A DNA stretch of 25,721 nt from Desulfobacterales bacterium (GTDB lineage Bacteria > Desulfobacterota > Syntrophobacteria > B119-G9). Positions 14,989-25,109 of the stretch are shown in pieces; positions within the stretch are counted from its first letter, which is position 1, and every line of letters starts with the position of its first letter. The stretch is taken from assembly GCA_026992215.1 (NCBI GenBank), contig JALXAI010000102.1:1-25721 (forward strand), given 5' to 3'. The notes under the pieces are model-generated. The model saw only the letters and a list, made by a program, of their open reading frames with translations, ran no database searches and was not told the origin of the DNA. A program made the translations under genes and the position numbers.

Positions 14989-16542
14989 ATGGGTATTGTG
15001 GCTGACAAGATTCGGGAACTTAAAGAAAAAGAGGCCAAGATCAAGGAGATGGGCGGCCCGAAGGCCGTGGAAAAGCAGCATCAGCGAGGCAAACTAACGG
15101 CGAGGGAGCGGCTTGACAGGTTTTTTGACCCGGGAACCTTCAAGGAACTGGACATATTTGTCAAGCATCGCGGCACCCTTTTCGGACTTGATAAAATGGA
15201 AATCCCCGCAGACGGTGTTATTACCGGATATGGCCTTGTAAACGGGCGAAAGGTCTTCGCTTTTTCCCAGGACTTCACTGCCAGGGCCGGAACCCTGGGA
15301 GAGATGCATTCGAAGAAAATATGCAAGGTAATGGATCTGGCATTGAAGGTGGGCGTGCCCCTGGTCGGTTTCAACGATTCGGGTGGTGCGAGAATTCAGG
15401 AAGGAGTTGACGCTCTTTCCGGCTACGGCCAGATCTTTTACAGAAACGCCATCGCCTCGGGGGTTATTCCTCAGATATCCGCCATTATGGGGCCGTGCGC
15501 GGGAGGCGCCGTGTATTCGCCCGCCATGACGGATTTTGTCTTCATGGTAAAGAAAACGAGCTACATGTTTATCACCGGCCCCGACGTCATAAAATCGGTT
15601 CTTGGCGAAGTAATCACTCATGAAGAACTGGGAGGTGCAAACGCTCACGCAACCAAGAGCGGGGTTGCCCAGTTTGCGTGCGAAAACGACGAAGACGCGA
15701 TAGAGCAGATAAAGGTACTTCTGAGCTTTTTACCGAACAACAACGTGGATGATCCGCCTGTTTCGTCCACCAACGATGAACCCGGAAGAATCTGCCCCGA
15801 ACTTGATTCCATAATACCTGACAACCCCATGGGATCCTACGACATGAAAAACGTTATCACTTCCATCGTGGATGACGGTTTTTTCTTCGAAGTGCACAAG
15901 GATTATGCCCAGAACATCGTGGTTGGTTTTGCCCGATTGAACGGGAGACCCATTGGTATAATTGCCAACCAACCCCTTGTGCTCGCCGGGTGCCTCGATA
16001 TCAACTCTTCAGACAAGGCCACCCGTTTCATTCGTTTCTGCGATTCGTTCAATATTCCTCTTCTGACCATTGCGGACGTTCCCGGGTACCTTCCGGGAAG
16101 CGAGCAGGAATGGGGCGGAATAATCAGGCACGGAGCGAAGCTGCTGTGGTGTTACTCGGAAGCTACCGTACCGAAGGTGACCCTCATTACAAGGAAGGAC
16201 TACGGTGGTTCCTATCTCGCCATGTGCTCAAAGGACCTTGGAGCAGACATCGCCCTGGCATGGCCGACTGCCGAGATCGCGGTCATGGGAGCGGAGGGAG
16301 CCGCCAATATCATTCACAGGCGAGAAATCGCGGCGGCAGAAGATCCCGAGGCAAAGAGAAAGGAGAAGATCGAGGAGTACCGGAAACTCCTTTACAATCC
16401 TTACATCGCGGCCTCAAGAGGGTACATCGACGGCGTGATTGTGCCCAGCGAAACCAGGGCAAGACTAGTGGACGCCTTTGAAACGCTGGCAACCAAAAGA
16501 GAAATGCTGCCGCCCAAAAAGCACGGCAACATACCAATGTAG
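14989..16542 (+). CDS. pccB: Acyl-CoA carboxylase carboxyltransferase subunit (propionyl-CoA carboxylase beta / methylmalonyl-CoA decarboxylase alpha type)
   Basis: GKLTARERL, DSGGARIQEG, GPCAGGAVYSPA, DVPGYLPG, KKHGNIPM. The direction (carboxylase or decarboxylase) cannot be told from the sequence. Confidence 0.93.
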   Translation: MGIVADKIRELKEKEAKIKEMGGPKAVEKQHQRGKLTARERLDRFFDPGTFKELDIFVKHRGTLFGLDKMEIPADGVITGYGLVNGRKVFAFSQDFTARAGTLGEMHSKKICKVMDLALKVGVPLVGFNDSGGARIQEGVDALSGYGQIFYRNAIASGVIPQISAIMGPCAGGAVYSPAMTDFVFMVKKTSYMFITGPDVIKSVLGEVITHEELGGANAHATKSGVAQFACENDEDAIEQIKVLLSFLPNNNVDDPPVSSTNDEPGRICPELDSIIPDNPMGSYDMKNVITSIVDDGFFFEVHKDYAQNIVVGFARLNGRPIGIIANQPLVLAGCLDINSSDKATRFIRFCDSFNIPLLTIADVPGYLPGSEQEWGGIIRHGAKLLWCYSEATVPKVTLITRKDYGGSYLAMCSKDLGADIALAWPTAEIAVMGAEGAANIIHRREIAAAEDPEAKRKEKIEEYRKLLYNPYIAASRGYIDGVIVPSETRARLVDAFETLATKREMLPPKKHGNIPM

Positions 16543-16586
16543 CTTATCAAGTAATACAGATAATACGGAGTAGTGACGGACTGACC

Positions 16587-19259
16587 ATGACAGATACTAA
16601 AACTCTTCCCAAGGCATACGAACCTTTCGAGGTTGAACAGAAGTGGTACCGGTTCTGGATGGAAAAAAATCTTTTCCACGCAGACGAGAAAGCGGAAGGC
16701 GAGACCTTTTCCATCGTTATTCCTCCACCCAACGTCACCGGAAGTCTCCACATGGGTCATGCCCTGAACAATACCCTTCAGGACATCCTTTGCAGATACA
16801 AAAGGATGAAAGGGTACATAGTATTGTGGATGCCGGGAACAGATCATGCGGGGATAGCAACCCAGAACGTGGTTGAAAAGCAACTGGCATCCGAAGGGCT
16901 CACGCGCCAGCAACTGGGGCGAGAAAAATTCATCGAAAGGGTCTGGGAGTGGAAGGAAGAATACGGGGGGAAGATAGTTAACCAGTTAAAGAGGCTCGGA
17001 GCATCATGTGACTGGGCAAGAGAACGTTTTACCATGGACGAGGGTCTCTCGCGAGCAGTGAGACTCGTATTCGTTACCCTGTACAACGACGGACTTATTT
17101 ACAGGGGACACAGGATAATTAACTGGTGCCCGAGGTGTGAAACAGCCCTTGCCAACCTTGAAGTCGAACCTGAAGAACACGACGGGTTTCTTTATTACAT
17201 CAGGTACCCCATCGAGTGTGAAGATGATTACATCACCGTGGCAACCACTCGCCCCGAAACCATGCTCGGGGACACGGCAGTAGCCGTGAATCCGGATGAC
17301 CCGCGCTACATAAAATACCACGGCAAAAAGGCGGTGTTGCCGCTGGTGGGGAGAGTGCTACCGATCATAGCCGATTCGTATGTTGAACCCGAATTCGGGA
17401 CAGGAGCCCTCAAGATAACTCCCGCTCACGACCCTTATGACTTTGAAATTGGTAAAAAGCACAATCTCGATTCGATACAGGTTATAGATGAAAAGGGCAA
17501 AATGTCCGGGGCTGCAGGGAAATACGCGGGGCTGGACCGTTATGAATGCCGCGAGAAGATTCTGGAAGATCTCAAGGAGCAGGGATACCTGGAAAAAGTC
17601 GAAAAATACCAGCACAGGGTCGGCCACTGTTACCGATGTAAGACGGTTATCGAACCGGCTCTTTCGGAGCAGTGGTTTATCAAGATAAAGCCCCTGGCGG
17701 ATGAAGCGATCAGGGCGGTGAAAGACAGTCGAACCAGGATAATCCCCGAGCAGTGGACTAAAAACTACTTTGAGTGGTTGGAAAATATAGAGGATTGGTG
17801 CATTTCGAGGCAAATCTGGTGGGGTCATCGAATTCCGGCCTGGCATTGCAGAGAATGCGGATCTGTCACGGTATCCATGGAAACTCCGGACAGGTGTTCG
17901 GGTTGCGGAAGTACCGACATATACCAGGATACCGATGTGCTCGACACGTGGTTCAGCTCGGCTCTCTGGCCTTTTTCCACCCTCGGTTGGCCCGAGAAAA
18001 CCCTCGAACTTGAACGCTTTTATCCCACATCCGTGCTTGTAACCGGATTTGATATCTTATTTTTCTGGGTAGCCCGAATGATGATGATGGGACTCTACTT
18101 CATGAAAGATGTCCCGTTTTATGACGTGTATATTCACGCCCTTGTCCGCGACGCGGAAGGCCAGAAGATGAGCAAGTCGAAGGGAAACGTTATTGACCCG
18201 CTCATAATGATGGACAAGTACGGGACAGACGCACTTAGGTTTACCCTGACAGCCTTCGCAATCCAGGGCAGGGACATAAAGCTTTCTGAAGAAAGGATTG
18301 AAGGATACAGGCATTTTGTAAACAAGATCTGGAACGCATCCCGCTTCGCCCTGATGAACCTGGATGATTTTACTCCGCAAGGTGAGTATCCTCCAAAGCC
18401 CACAACCCTGGCAAACCGATGGATACTCAGCGCCGTTCAGAAAGTGATAAAGGAGGTCGAGTACTCTCTTGAAAACTACGTTTTTAACCAGGCTGCCACG
18501 GCATCGTACCAGTTTTTCTGGCACCAGTTCTGCGACTGGTATCTGGAAATAATCAAGCCTGTTTTGTATGGTGAAAAAAACGAGATCCGCGAGGAGACTC
18601 AAGCCACCATGCTCTACGTCCTGGAAACCATGCTCAAGCTTCTCCACCCCATCATGCCTTTCGTCACGGAAGAACTGTGGCAAAAGTTACCAAGGGCAAA
18701 CGGTGCAATAAGCATCATGGTGGCACCTTTTCCGGAAGCAAGAGAGGACTTCGTGGACGAAGAGGCCGAAAAAGAAGTGGAACTGATAACAGAGGTGATC
18801 GGCAGCATCAGGAACATCAGGGGAGAGATGAACATACCTCCGTCAAAGCTTATAGACGCGGAATGCCTGTGTTCAACAGCGGAAGAAAAGAAACTTCTTG
18901 AATCCACACAAAGAACCATCAAGGACCTGGCCAAGCTGTCCAATCTTACCATCAGAACCGACGGAAAGAAGCCGAAAGCGGCGGCAAGCGCGGTTGTGCA
19001 CGGGATGGAGATCTTTGTGCCTCTAAGAGGCGTGATAGATTTCGAAGCGGAGAAAAAACGCCTTGATAAGGAAATAAGAAAGCTCGAAAAAGAAATGGAA
19101 AGGACTCAGAAGAAGCTCCAGAGCAAAAACTTTCTTGAAAAAGCTCCACCCGAAATCGTGCAAAAGGAAAGGGACAAGTTTAGCAGGCTTGATACCAAGC
19201 TCGCTAAATTGCAGCACAATTACGACACGATAAAAACAATTCAATCGGAAATATCGTAA
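16587..19259 (+). CDS. valS: Valine--tRNA ligase
   Basis: PPPNVTGSLHMGH (HIGH), WCISRQIWWGHRIP, KMSKS, C-terminal coiled coil; 890 aa. Confidence 0.98.
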   Translation: MTDTKTLPKAYEPFEVEQKWYRFWMEKNLFHADEKAEGETFSIVIPPPNVTGSLHMGHALNNTLQDILCRYKRMKGYIVLWMPGTDHAGIATQNVVEKQLASEGLTRQQLGREKFIERVWEWKEEYGGKIVNQLKRLGASCDWARERFTMDEGLSRAVRLVFVTLYNDGLIYRGHRIINWCPRCETALANLEVEPEEHDGFLYYIRYPIECEDDYITVATTRPETMLGDTAVAVNPDDPRYIKYHGKKAVLPLVGRVLPIIADSYVEPEFGTGALKITPAHDPYDFEIGKKHNLDSIQVIDEKGKMSGAAGKYAGLDRYECREKILEDLKEQGYLEKVEKYQHRVGHCYRCKTVIEPALSEQWFIKIKPLADEAIRAVKDSRTRIIPEQWTKNYFEWLENIEDWCISRQIWWGHRIPAWHCRECGSVTVSMETPDRCSGCGSTDIYQDTDVLDTWFSSALWPFSTLGWPEKTLELERFYPTSVLVTGFDILFFWVARMMMMGLYFMKDVPFYDVYIHALVRDAEGQKMSKSKGNVIDPLIMMDKYGTDALRFTLTAFAIQGRDIKLSEERIEGYRHFVNKIWNASRFALMNLDDFTPQGEYPPKPTTLANRWILSAVQKVIKEVEYSLENYVFNQAATASYQFFWHQFCDWYLEIIKPVLYGEKNEIREETQATMLYVLETMLKLLHPIMPFVTEELWQKLPRANGAISIMVAPFPEAREDFVDEEAEKEVELITEVIGSIRNIRGEMNIPPSKLIDAECLCSTAEEKKLLESTQRTIKDLAKLSNLTIRTDGKKPKAAASAVVHGMEIFVPLRGVIDFEAEKKRLDKEIRKLEKEMERTQKKLQSKNFLEKAPPEIVQKERDKFSRLDTKLAKLQHNYDTIKTIQSEIS

Positions 19260-19261
19260 AA

Positions 19262-20098
19262 ATGGTCCAACGAAAATTTAACCCGGATCATCTCCTCGAA
19301 GCCGCTCTCGCGGAAGATCTGGGTTGCGGTGATGTTACCACCGCCGCACTGGTTTCACCCTCAGTCGACGGGCACGCTCAGGTCATAGCCAGAGAGCCCC
19401 TGGTGCTTTCGGGGAGCGGTGTTTTTTCCCGGGTCTTTCAAATTCTTGATCCGGAAGTACAAATCACCACACATTTTGAGGACGGAAACCGGGTAGCTTC
19501 CAACACCACTTTCCTCGAAATTCACGGAAAACTGGCTTCCATACTGTCTGCCGAAAGGGTTGCCCTGAACCTTTTACAGCGTCTCAGCGGCATTGCCACC
19601 TACACCAGGAAGTTCGTAGAGGCGGTAAAGGACTATCCGGTGCAGATAGTCGATACCAGAAAAACCACTCCCCTGTGGCGGAACCTCGAAAAAAAGGCGG
19701 TACGAGACGGCGGAGCCGCGAATCATCGTTTCGGACTTTTCGACGGAATTCTAATAAAAGACAATCATATAGCAGCATGTAAAGGGATAAAAGAGGCCGT
19801 CTTAAAGGCCAGAAAATCCTGCCATCATCTCCTTAAGGTGGAAATAGAAGTTGAAAACCTGGATCAATTTAAAGAAGCTCTTGAGGCAGGAGCAGACGCA
19901 ATCATGCTTGACAACATGTCACCGGAAGAAATCCGCACGGCCGTCACCCTGGCTCGGGGCAGGGTAATCCTCGAAGCGTCCGGTGGAATAACTCTGGACA
20001 ACGTGCGCGAATACGCCGAAAGCGGTGTGGACCTGATAAGCCTCGGCACCCTTACCCACTCTGCTCCGGCAGTGGACATAAGTCTCGAGATTTCATAA
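19262..20098 (+). CDS. nadC: Nicotinate-nucleotide diphosphorylase (quinolinate phosphoribosyltransferase)
   Basis: EDLG.GDVTT, ERVALNLLQRLSGIAT, DTRKTTP, NHRFGL.DGILIKDNHI, EASGGITL. Confidence 0.97.
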   Translation: MVQRKFNPDHLLEAALAEDLGCGDVTTAALVSPSVDGHAQVIAREPLVLSGSGVFSRVFQILDPEVQITTHFEDGNRVASNTTFLEIHGKLASILSAERVALNLLQRLSGIATYTRKFVEAVKDYPVQIVDTRKTTPLWRNLEKKAVRDGGAANHRFGLFDGILIKDNHIAACKGIKEAVLKARKSCHHLLKVEIEVENLDQFKEALEAGADAIMLDNMSPEEIRTAVTLARGRVILEASGGITLDNVREYAESGVDLISLGTLTHSAPAVDISLEIS

Positions 20099-20456
20099 AC
20101 CCTTCCCAGGAGATATAAACTGCCCCCGCGAGAATCGCTCACAAACTTTCTTGCCGTATTGTTGAACCAAATTTTTGACAGAACCAGTTGATTTATTTTA
20201 CCATGTTTTTATGGCTCAACTTCCAGCTACTGCAGGCTCCACGTTGATGAAAAGCTGCCGGATGTCCCGGAATTGTTCACGCTAACGCCCGTGGTCTTTT
20301 ACCCGGAGGTAAAAAACGGGGGCATGAGAATTTATGCAGAGGAGATAGCAGGTGAGGGTTTTCGTGAAATCATTTGTAGGAGTTCAGCCACATTCCTCCC
20401 TGCTGGTGGCATTTTCACGTAAAGGTGTTTAACCACAAACCGGTTAGAGGTGAACC

Positions 20457-21884
20457 ATGGCCATAGTATGCGACTACCACCCGCAAAAGCGCGCTCACTG
20501 GTATTGCCCGTCTTGCAACAAGAACTACTGCTCTTCGTGTGCAATAATCCGGGAAACAGACATGTACGGCGCGAAGAAAATCCACAGGCTCTGCCCGCAT
20601 TGCAACCTCGATCTTCAAACCCACTCAGCTGAAAACATCATCGAACCCTTCTGGCGTATACTGCATAAGTTTTTCGCGTACCCCTTCCAGAGTCGCCCCT
20701 TAATATTGATGCTGATTCTTTCGTCCGCTTTTGTCATCATTTCCGGTCCCGGTCTTTTTTATTCTCTGCTTCGTTTTGTCCTGTGGGCGGTGCTCTTAAA
20801 GTATTCCTTTTGTGTTCTCAAAAAGACCGCCACCGGTTCACTGGAAGCACCCGAATTGAATATGAAAAACCTGTCGGACAACTTTGAGATAGTGTTCAAG
20901 CAGATCGCGATCTACCTCATCACCGCGTTTCTTTTCATTGAAATCGCAAAAACCGCCGGGGCTTTCGTCGGGATCCTTTTTCTCCTCTTTTCCTTTCTTT
21001 CCATTCCGGCAATGCTCCTCGTTCTCATAGCCACGGACAGCCTTATTGCCGCTCTTAACCCGATGATATTTGTCAGGGTCGCATGGAGAATCGGCTGGGG
21101 ATACTTATTAATGTATTTTTTCTACGTCCTGCTGGGATCCGCGCCCAACACCATTACCTATCTGACTGTCGGTCACCTGCCTCTTCTACTCGTACTCTTC
21201 ATTTCTTTTTTCGCCAAGAGCTACTACGTAATCATTTCGTATCACTTGATGGGTTACGTACTGTACCAGTACCACGAGGATATCGGGTATGAAGTGGAAA
21301 TCGAGGACCAGAGTTACCTTAAGGAAGCAACTGAAGCCCTGGAAGGCGACGAGGAGCTTATTCGCAGGGCAAACATCCTGCTCAGGGAAGGAAAAGCCCC
21401 GGAAGCACTCAAGCTGATAAAAGATAGAACGGGTGGCAATATCGATAACCTTCAGCTTGCCGACCTTTATTTCAGGCTTCTAAAAACCTCCGGCGACGCA
21501 AAAGAAGTAGTACTTTTCGGCAAGAAATACCTGGAGATGCTGGCAAATCACGCGGACGCGGAAAAGCTGACGGGAGTCTATACAGACTGTGTATCTCGCG
21601 ACAAAAACTTCCCGCTTCCGGCCCCCGTTGCCTTTAAAATAGCTAAAACACTGACCAATCACGGCCATCACAAGGAAGCCGTGGCCGCCTATAACCGGTT
21701 CATAAAATCAAACCCGGAACATCGCCTTGTCCCGGAAGCCTATTACATGGCCGCAGGTATAATTGAAAAGGAATTCGGCAACAAGCAGCAGGCTCTTAAA
21801 ATATTAAAGGGGTTAATGAAGAAGTATCCCAACCACGGCATCATGCCTTACGTAAAAAGATACGTCGATAGCCTCACGACCTAG
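20457..21884 (+). CDS. Membrane protein with N-terminal B-box-type zinc finger, multi-TM middle and C-terminal TPRs
   Basis: CDYHP...HWYCPSCNKNYCSSC...CPHC, several TM helices, and a TPR-like tail (EAVAAYNRFIKSNPEHRLVPEAYY); GAGGTG SD. Confidence 0.85.
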   Translation: MAIVCDYHPQKRAHWYCPSCNKNYCSSCAIIRETDMYGAKKIHRLCPHCNLDLQTHSAENIIEPFWRILHKFFAYPFQSRPLILMLILSSAFVIISGPGLFYSLLRFVLWAVLLKYSFCVLKKTATGSLEAPELNMKNLSDNFEIVFKQIAIYLITAFLFIEIAKTAGAFVGILFLLFSFLSIPAMLLVLIATDSLIAALNPMIFVRVAWRIGWGYLLMYFFYVLLGSAPNTITYLTVGHLPLLLVLFISFFAKSYYVIISYHLMGYVLYQYHEDIGYEVEIEDQSYLKEATEALEGDEELIRRANILLREGKAPEALKLIKDRTGGNIDNLQLADLYFRLLKTSGDAKEVVLFGKKYLEMLANHADAEKLTGVYTDCVSRDKNFPLPAPVAFKIAKTLTNHGHHKEAVAAYNRFIKSNPEHRLVPEAYYMAAGIIEKEFGNKQQALKILKGLMKKYPNHGIMPYVKRYVDSLTT

Positions 21885-21894
21885 CACGAGGACA

Positions 21895-23376
21895 TCATGG
21901 TCGGGTCGAACACAGGAGACGCCCGGCGATTTTTGATTCGGAGGTGTGAGGAAAGCGCTTCCGGACAAGCCTTAAGATTCCGAGACCCTTTTCTACCTTG
22001 CCGGTTTTCAGGTAGCCCTGGCCCAGCTTCAAAAGCCCCACCGGCAACATTTTAAACGCGGGGTTTTTCTTTAAGAAGAGGGCCATGATTTTTTCAGCAT
22101 CCTTTAAGTAGCCGCTTCTGACAAAGGCCATGGATATTTCATGCAGCAATTCCGGCTCAATGCCCGGGTTGCTCGATATGCGAGTATATTCCGTGTAGAC
22201 TTTTAACAGTTGACCATGCTCGGAGGGCACCTTGCAAAGATAGCTCATGTACCGTTTTGCCGCGAGCCGATACTCTTCGCTGCCCGGATTTTGCCTTTCG
22301 ATCCGGTAGAGACGACTCAAGGCCTTTTCGTTGTTCGGCTCAATTTTCAGAACCTCCTTCAAAAGTTCCCTGGCTTCTTCAAAATGCAGGGTTTCCATTT
22401 TCTTGAGGGCAAGCTCAAAAAGATGGGCGACTTTTTCGGAAGGCTCCTCTTTGAAAACATCTTCGTCCACCATCTTCAAAACTTTCACGTTAAAGTATCC
22501 AATGGCCGAACCAGCAACGAGCCCACCCACGTGAGCCATGTAGGCCACGTTTGAGAAGGTGGAGAAAAAGAGTTGAAAGATTTCTTTCAGGATCCAGGCG
22601 GGAAGGAGTATTATTGCGGGAATCCTTTTGTAATCGAAGTAAAACCCCAGGGAGTAAAATACCTTTATTCTGGCCCTTCCGTAGGAGACCATCATTGCCC
22701 CAACAAGTCCCGAGATGGCACCAGAGGCACCGAGGAGAGGAATATGGCTGTGCAGATTGAACAGGCAGTAGGTAAAAACAGCGGCAACTCCGGTAAGCAA
22801 GTAAAACGGCAGATAGATAAACTTGTTCCATCCTGCCTCCACCACCGATCCAACAAGCCACAGAAACAGCATGTTTCCAAAAAGATGCATGAAACTTCCG
22901 TGAAGGAACATGTGTGTAACCAGGCTAACCGCCCTGGGTTCCGCCGGAATAAACGCGTAATGGTAACCGACCACCCGGGAAAGCTTCTTCCGGTAATTGT
23001 CCCTCCGCACCTTCCACCATGGATAAATCTTTTCACCGGGAGTTATAATACGGCCGGCTAGAAGCTTGTCCATGAATTCATCATCCCTTTTCATCTTTGA
23101 ATAGATCATCAGTAGATCATTCTGATTATACTTTTTCTTGCCTTTCAAAAACGAAAGTTCTGATAGCCTGTTACGAGACTTCAGGTAGTCGACGTATCTC
23201 GTGCATTCAACCCCGGCCAGACCCGATTTTAAGTAGTAACCGAGAGCTTTCTCAAAATTTTTTGAATCACTGCTCTGAAACACAATGAAGACAAAGCAGT
23301 TCACGAGTATCAGCGAAAGGGTTAACCACGGAAAGTTCTCCCTGTTTAACCTGCCTGTAAGTGGGACAATGAGCAT
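21895..23376 (-). CDS. Rhomboid-family intramembrane serine protease with C-terminal TPRs
   Basis: HGSFMHLFGNMLFLW, catalytic GASG, AHVGG, then a TPR-like tail. Confidence 0.93.
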   Translation of the reverse strand: MLIVPLTGRLNRENFPWLTLSLILVNCFVFIVFQSSDSKNFEKALGYYLKSGLAGVECTRYVDYLKSRNRLSELSFLKGKKKYNQNDLLMIYSKMKRDDEFMDKLLAGRIITPGEKIYPWWKVRRDNYRKKLSRVVGYHYAFIPAEPRAVSLVTHMFLHGSFMHLFGNMLFLWLVGSVVEAGWNKFIYLPFYLLTGVAAVFTYCLFNLHSHIPLLGASGAISGLVGAMMVSYGRARIKVFYSLGFYFDYKRIPAIILLPAWILKEIFQLFFSTFSNVAYMAHVGGLVAGSAIGYFNVKVLKMVDEDVFKEEPSEKVAHLFELALKKMETLHFEEARELLKEVLKIEPNNEKALSRLYRIERQNPGSEEYRLAAKRYMSYLCKVPSEHGQLLKVYTEYTRISSNPGIEPELLHEISMAFVRSGYLKDAEKIMALFLKKNPAFKMLPVGLLKLGQGYLKTGKVEKGLGILRLVRKRFPHTSESKIAGRLLCSTRP

Positions 23377-23767
23377 AACGATACCTCAAAAAACCTGATC
23401 CAGCGGAATAAGACTCGCGTTCGCCCAAAGCCGCCTGTTCCACAAACGTTCTCGCTACGCTGCAGAACGGGCATACTGCCAGATTAAACAATTTGCTTGA
23501 GGGATTTCAAATCTTTCCGATTTTTGCTCAGCAAAAATCGCCGATCTCTTCATTTGTCCGTTGCCCGGCATGGATTTTCCACCCTGAGGTCTCATCGGAG
23601 AGATTGTACCGGGATTCCGGTGAAGCAGAGCCGGTTACGAGGACTGAAAACGACAGGAGAGCTGCGGCGCGCGGAGGTTTCCTTTCCGCGCGCACAACCA
23701 CGGTGGTTTTTTACACGATCGGAAAAGTCGCATGCGGGCTTTTCCCGCCCGCGTGGTCATTTTCCGG

Positions 23768-24583
23768 CTATTTTTTTCCCAGTTCTTCCGATCTTCTGGC
23801 AGCGGCTTGAACCGCTCGCATTAACAGGCCTCTTGCGCCTCCCGATTCCAGCACTTCAAGCCCGTAGATGGTGGTTCCGCCCGGGGACGTTATCTGGTCT
23901 TTCAGGGCGGCTGAATGAAGACTCGTTTCGGCCATCAACTTCGCCGCACCAAGGGTGGTTTGAATTGCAAGCCTCGATGCCACCGGACGGGGCAACCCCG
24001 CCATCACGCCTCCATCCGTCAGCGCTTCTATAACCAGGAGAATGTATGCGGGACCACTTCCGCTGAGCCCGGTTACGGCATCGAGCAACTTTTCTTCCAC
24101 TTCAACCACTTCACCCACGGCAGAAAAAATGGAAAGGGCGAGCTCTCGATGTTCCCCGGTGGCTTTTGAACCGCACGCGATGGCAGAAGCTCCTTCAAGA
24201 ACCAGAGCGGGGGTATTCGGCATTACTCTGATCATAGGCACTTCCTTGCCCAGCACGCTTGAAATGGAGGCCAGTTTAACTCCTGCCATGATGGACACTA
24301 ACAGGTGTTCGTCTCCGATAACATCTCTTATATCCTGCAAAACCACCGACATCACCTGCGGTTTTACAGCCAGGATTATGACATCGGAATTATTGACAAC
24401 TTCTTTATTTGAATTGAACGTACGGACTCCGTATTCTCCGGAGAGAAACCCGAGCCTTTCCTCGGAGATATCGCTTACGAGGATACGCGAAGGATCAAGG
24501 AGGCCGGCTTTCAGAACTCCTTTTATTAACGCGCTCCCCATGTTGCCGCCGCCGATAAAAGCCAGCTTTTTGCCTTCCCACAT
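23768..24583 (-). CDS. proC: Pyrroline-5-carboxylate reductase
   Basis: FIGGGNMG, AVKPQ, RVMPNTP, TGLSGSGPAY, SPGGTT. Confidence 0.97.
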   Translation of the reverse strand: MWEGKKLAFIGGGNMGSALIKGVLKAGLLDPSRILVSDISEERLGFLSGEYGVRTFNSNKEVVNNSDVIILAVKPQVMSVVLQDIRDVIGDEHLLVSIMAGVKLASISSVLGKEVPMIRVMPNTPALVLEGASAIACGSKATGEHRELALSIFSAVGEVVEVEEKLLDAVTGLSGSGPAYILLVIEALTDGGVMAGLPRPVASRLAIQTTLGAAKLMAETSLHSAALKDQITSPGGTTIYGLEVLESGGARGLLMRAVQAAARRSEELGKK

Positions 24584-24627
24584 ATTCTCCCCTCCCCTTT
24601 CGATTATTTCCCTGCGTGGCTTAGATC

Positions 24628-25080
24628 TTACTCCAGTTCCCTGATCACCTTTCTTTCGAGATTTTCCACACGCTTCAGAATTCTCTCAAATTGTCTCAGG
24701 TAAATTTCCCTGCCGTGATACTTGGTCAACAGGTAAATCAAGTAGCTATTCAAACTCATCCTTGAAGCCTTGGCTCCCTCGGCCAACTCTTTGTGCAGTT
24801 CCGCCGGCATCCTGAGAGCGAACTTACCGCTGTAAGTTTGAGGCTTTCCCAGCTTTGGTTCGGGAATTTCGATGCCCTCGTCAAGGTACTTTTCAAAAAG
24901 CTTTCTTTTTCGGTTTTCGAGGTTTTTCAAAGCTTCTTCGACGGTTTTACCGGTAGCAACGAACGCATACCGCCCGAGCTGCGGAATACACGCCTCGTAT
25001 CCCGGTCCCAGCTCGGGGGGCAATGGAGTAATCTCGCAGGGGTATTCAAGCTTCATGTAATATTCGAGATCACATTTCAT
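24628..25080 (-). CDS. hicB: HicB-family antitoxin (no adjacent hicA)
   Basis: Y...IP.L......G.T.EEAL.NL...(G.EIPEP) N-domain, then YSGKFALRMPAELHKELAEGA...SLNSY (RHH domain). Confidence 0.85.
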   Translation of the reverse strand: MKCDLEYYMKLEYPCEITPLPPELGPGYEACIPQLGRYAFVATGKTVEEALKNLENRKRKLFEKYLDEGIEIPEPKLGKPQTYSGKFALRMPAELHKELAEGAKASRMSLNSYLIYLLTKYHGREIYLRQFERILKRVENLERKVIRELE

Positions 25081-25109
25081 AAGAACACTCTAGCCGGTTA
25101 ACGATTCAT

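Noticed and set aside
23493-24644. Overlapping ORFs 23493-23810, 23497-24033, 24042-24644 and similar antisense or out-of-frame ORFs across pccB, valS, rhomboid and RHS
   Set aside because: They are shadows of well-supported genes or lack any protein-like signal.
25096-25102. GTTAACC just upstream of hicB, as at the start of the TA cassette
   Set aside because: There is no complementary R'' box or attC hairpin after hicB; likely chance.
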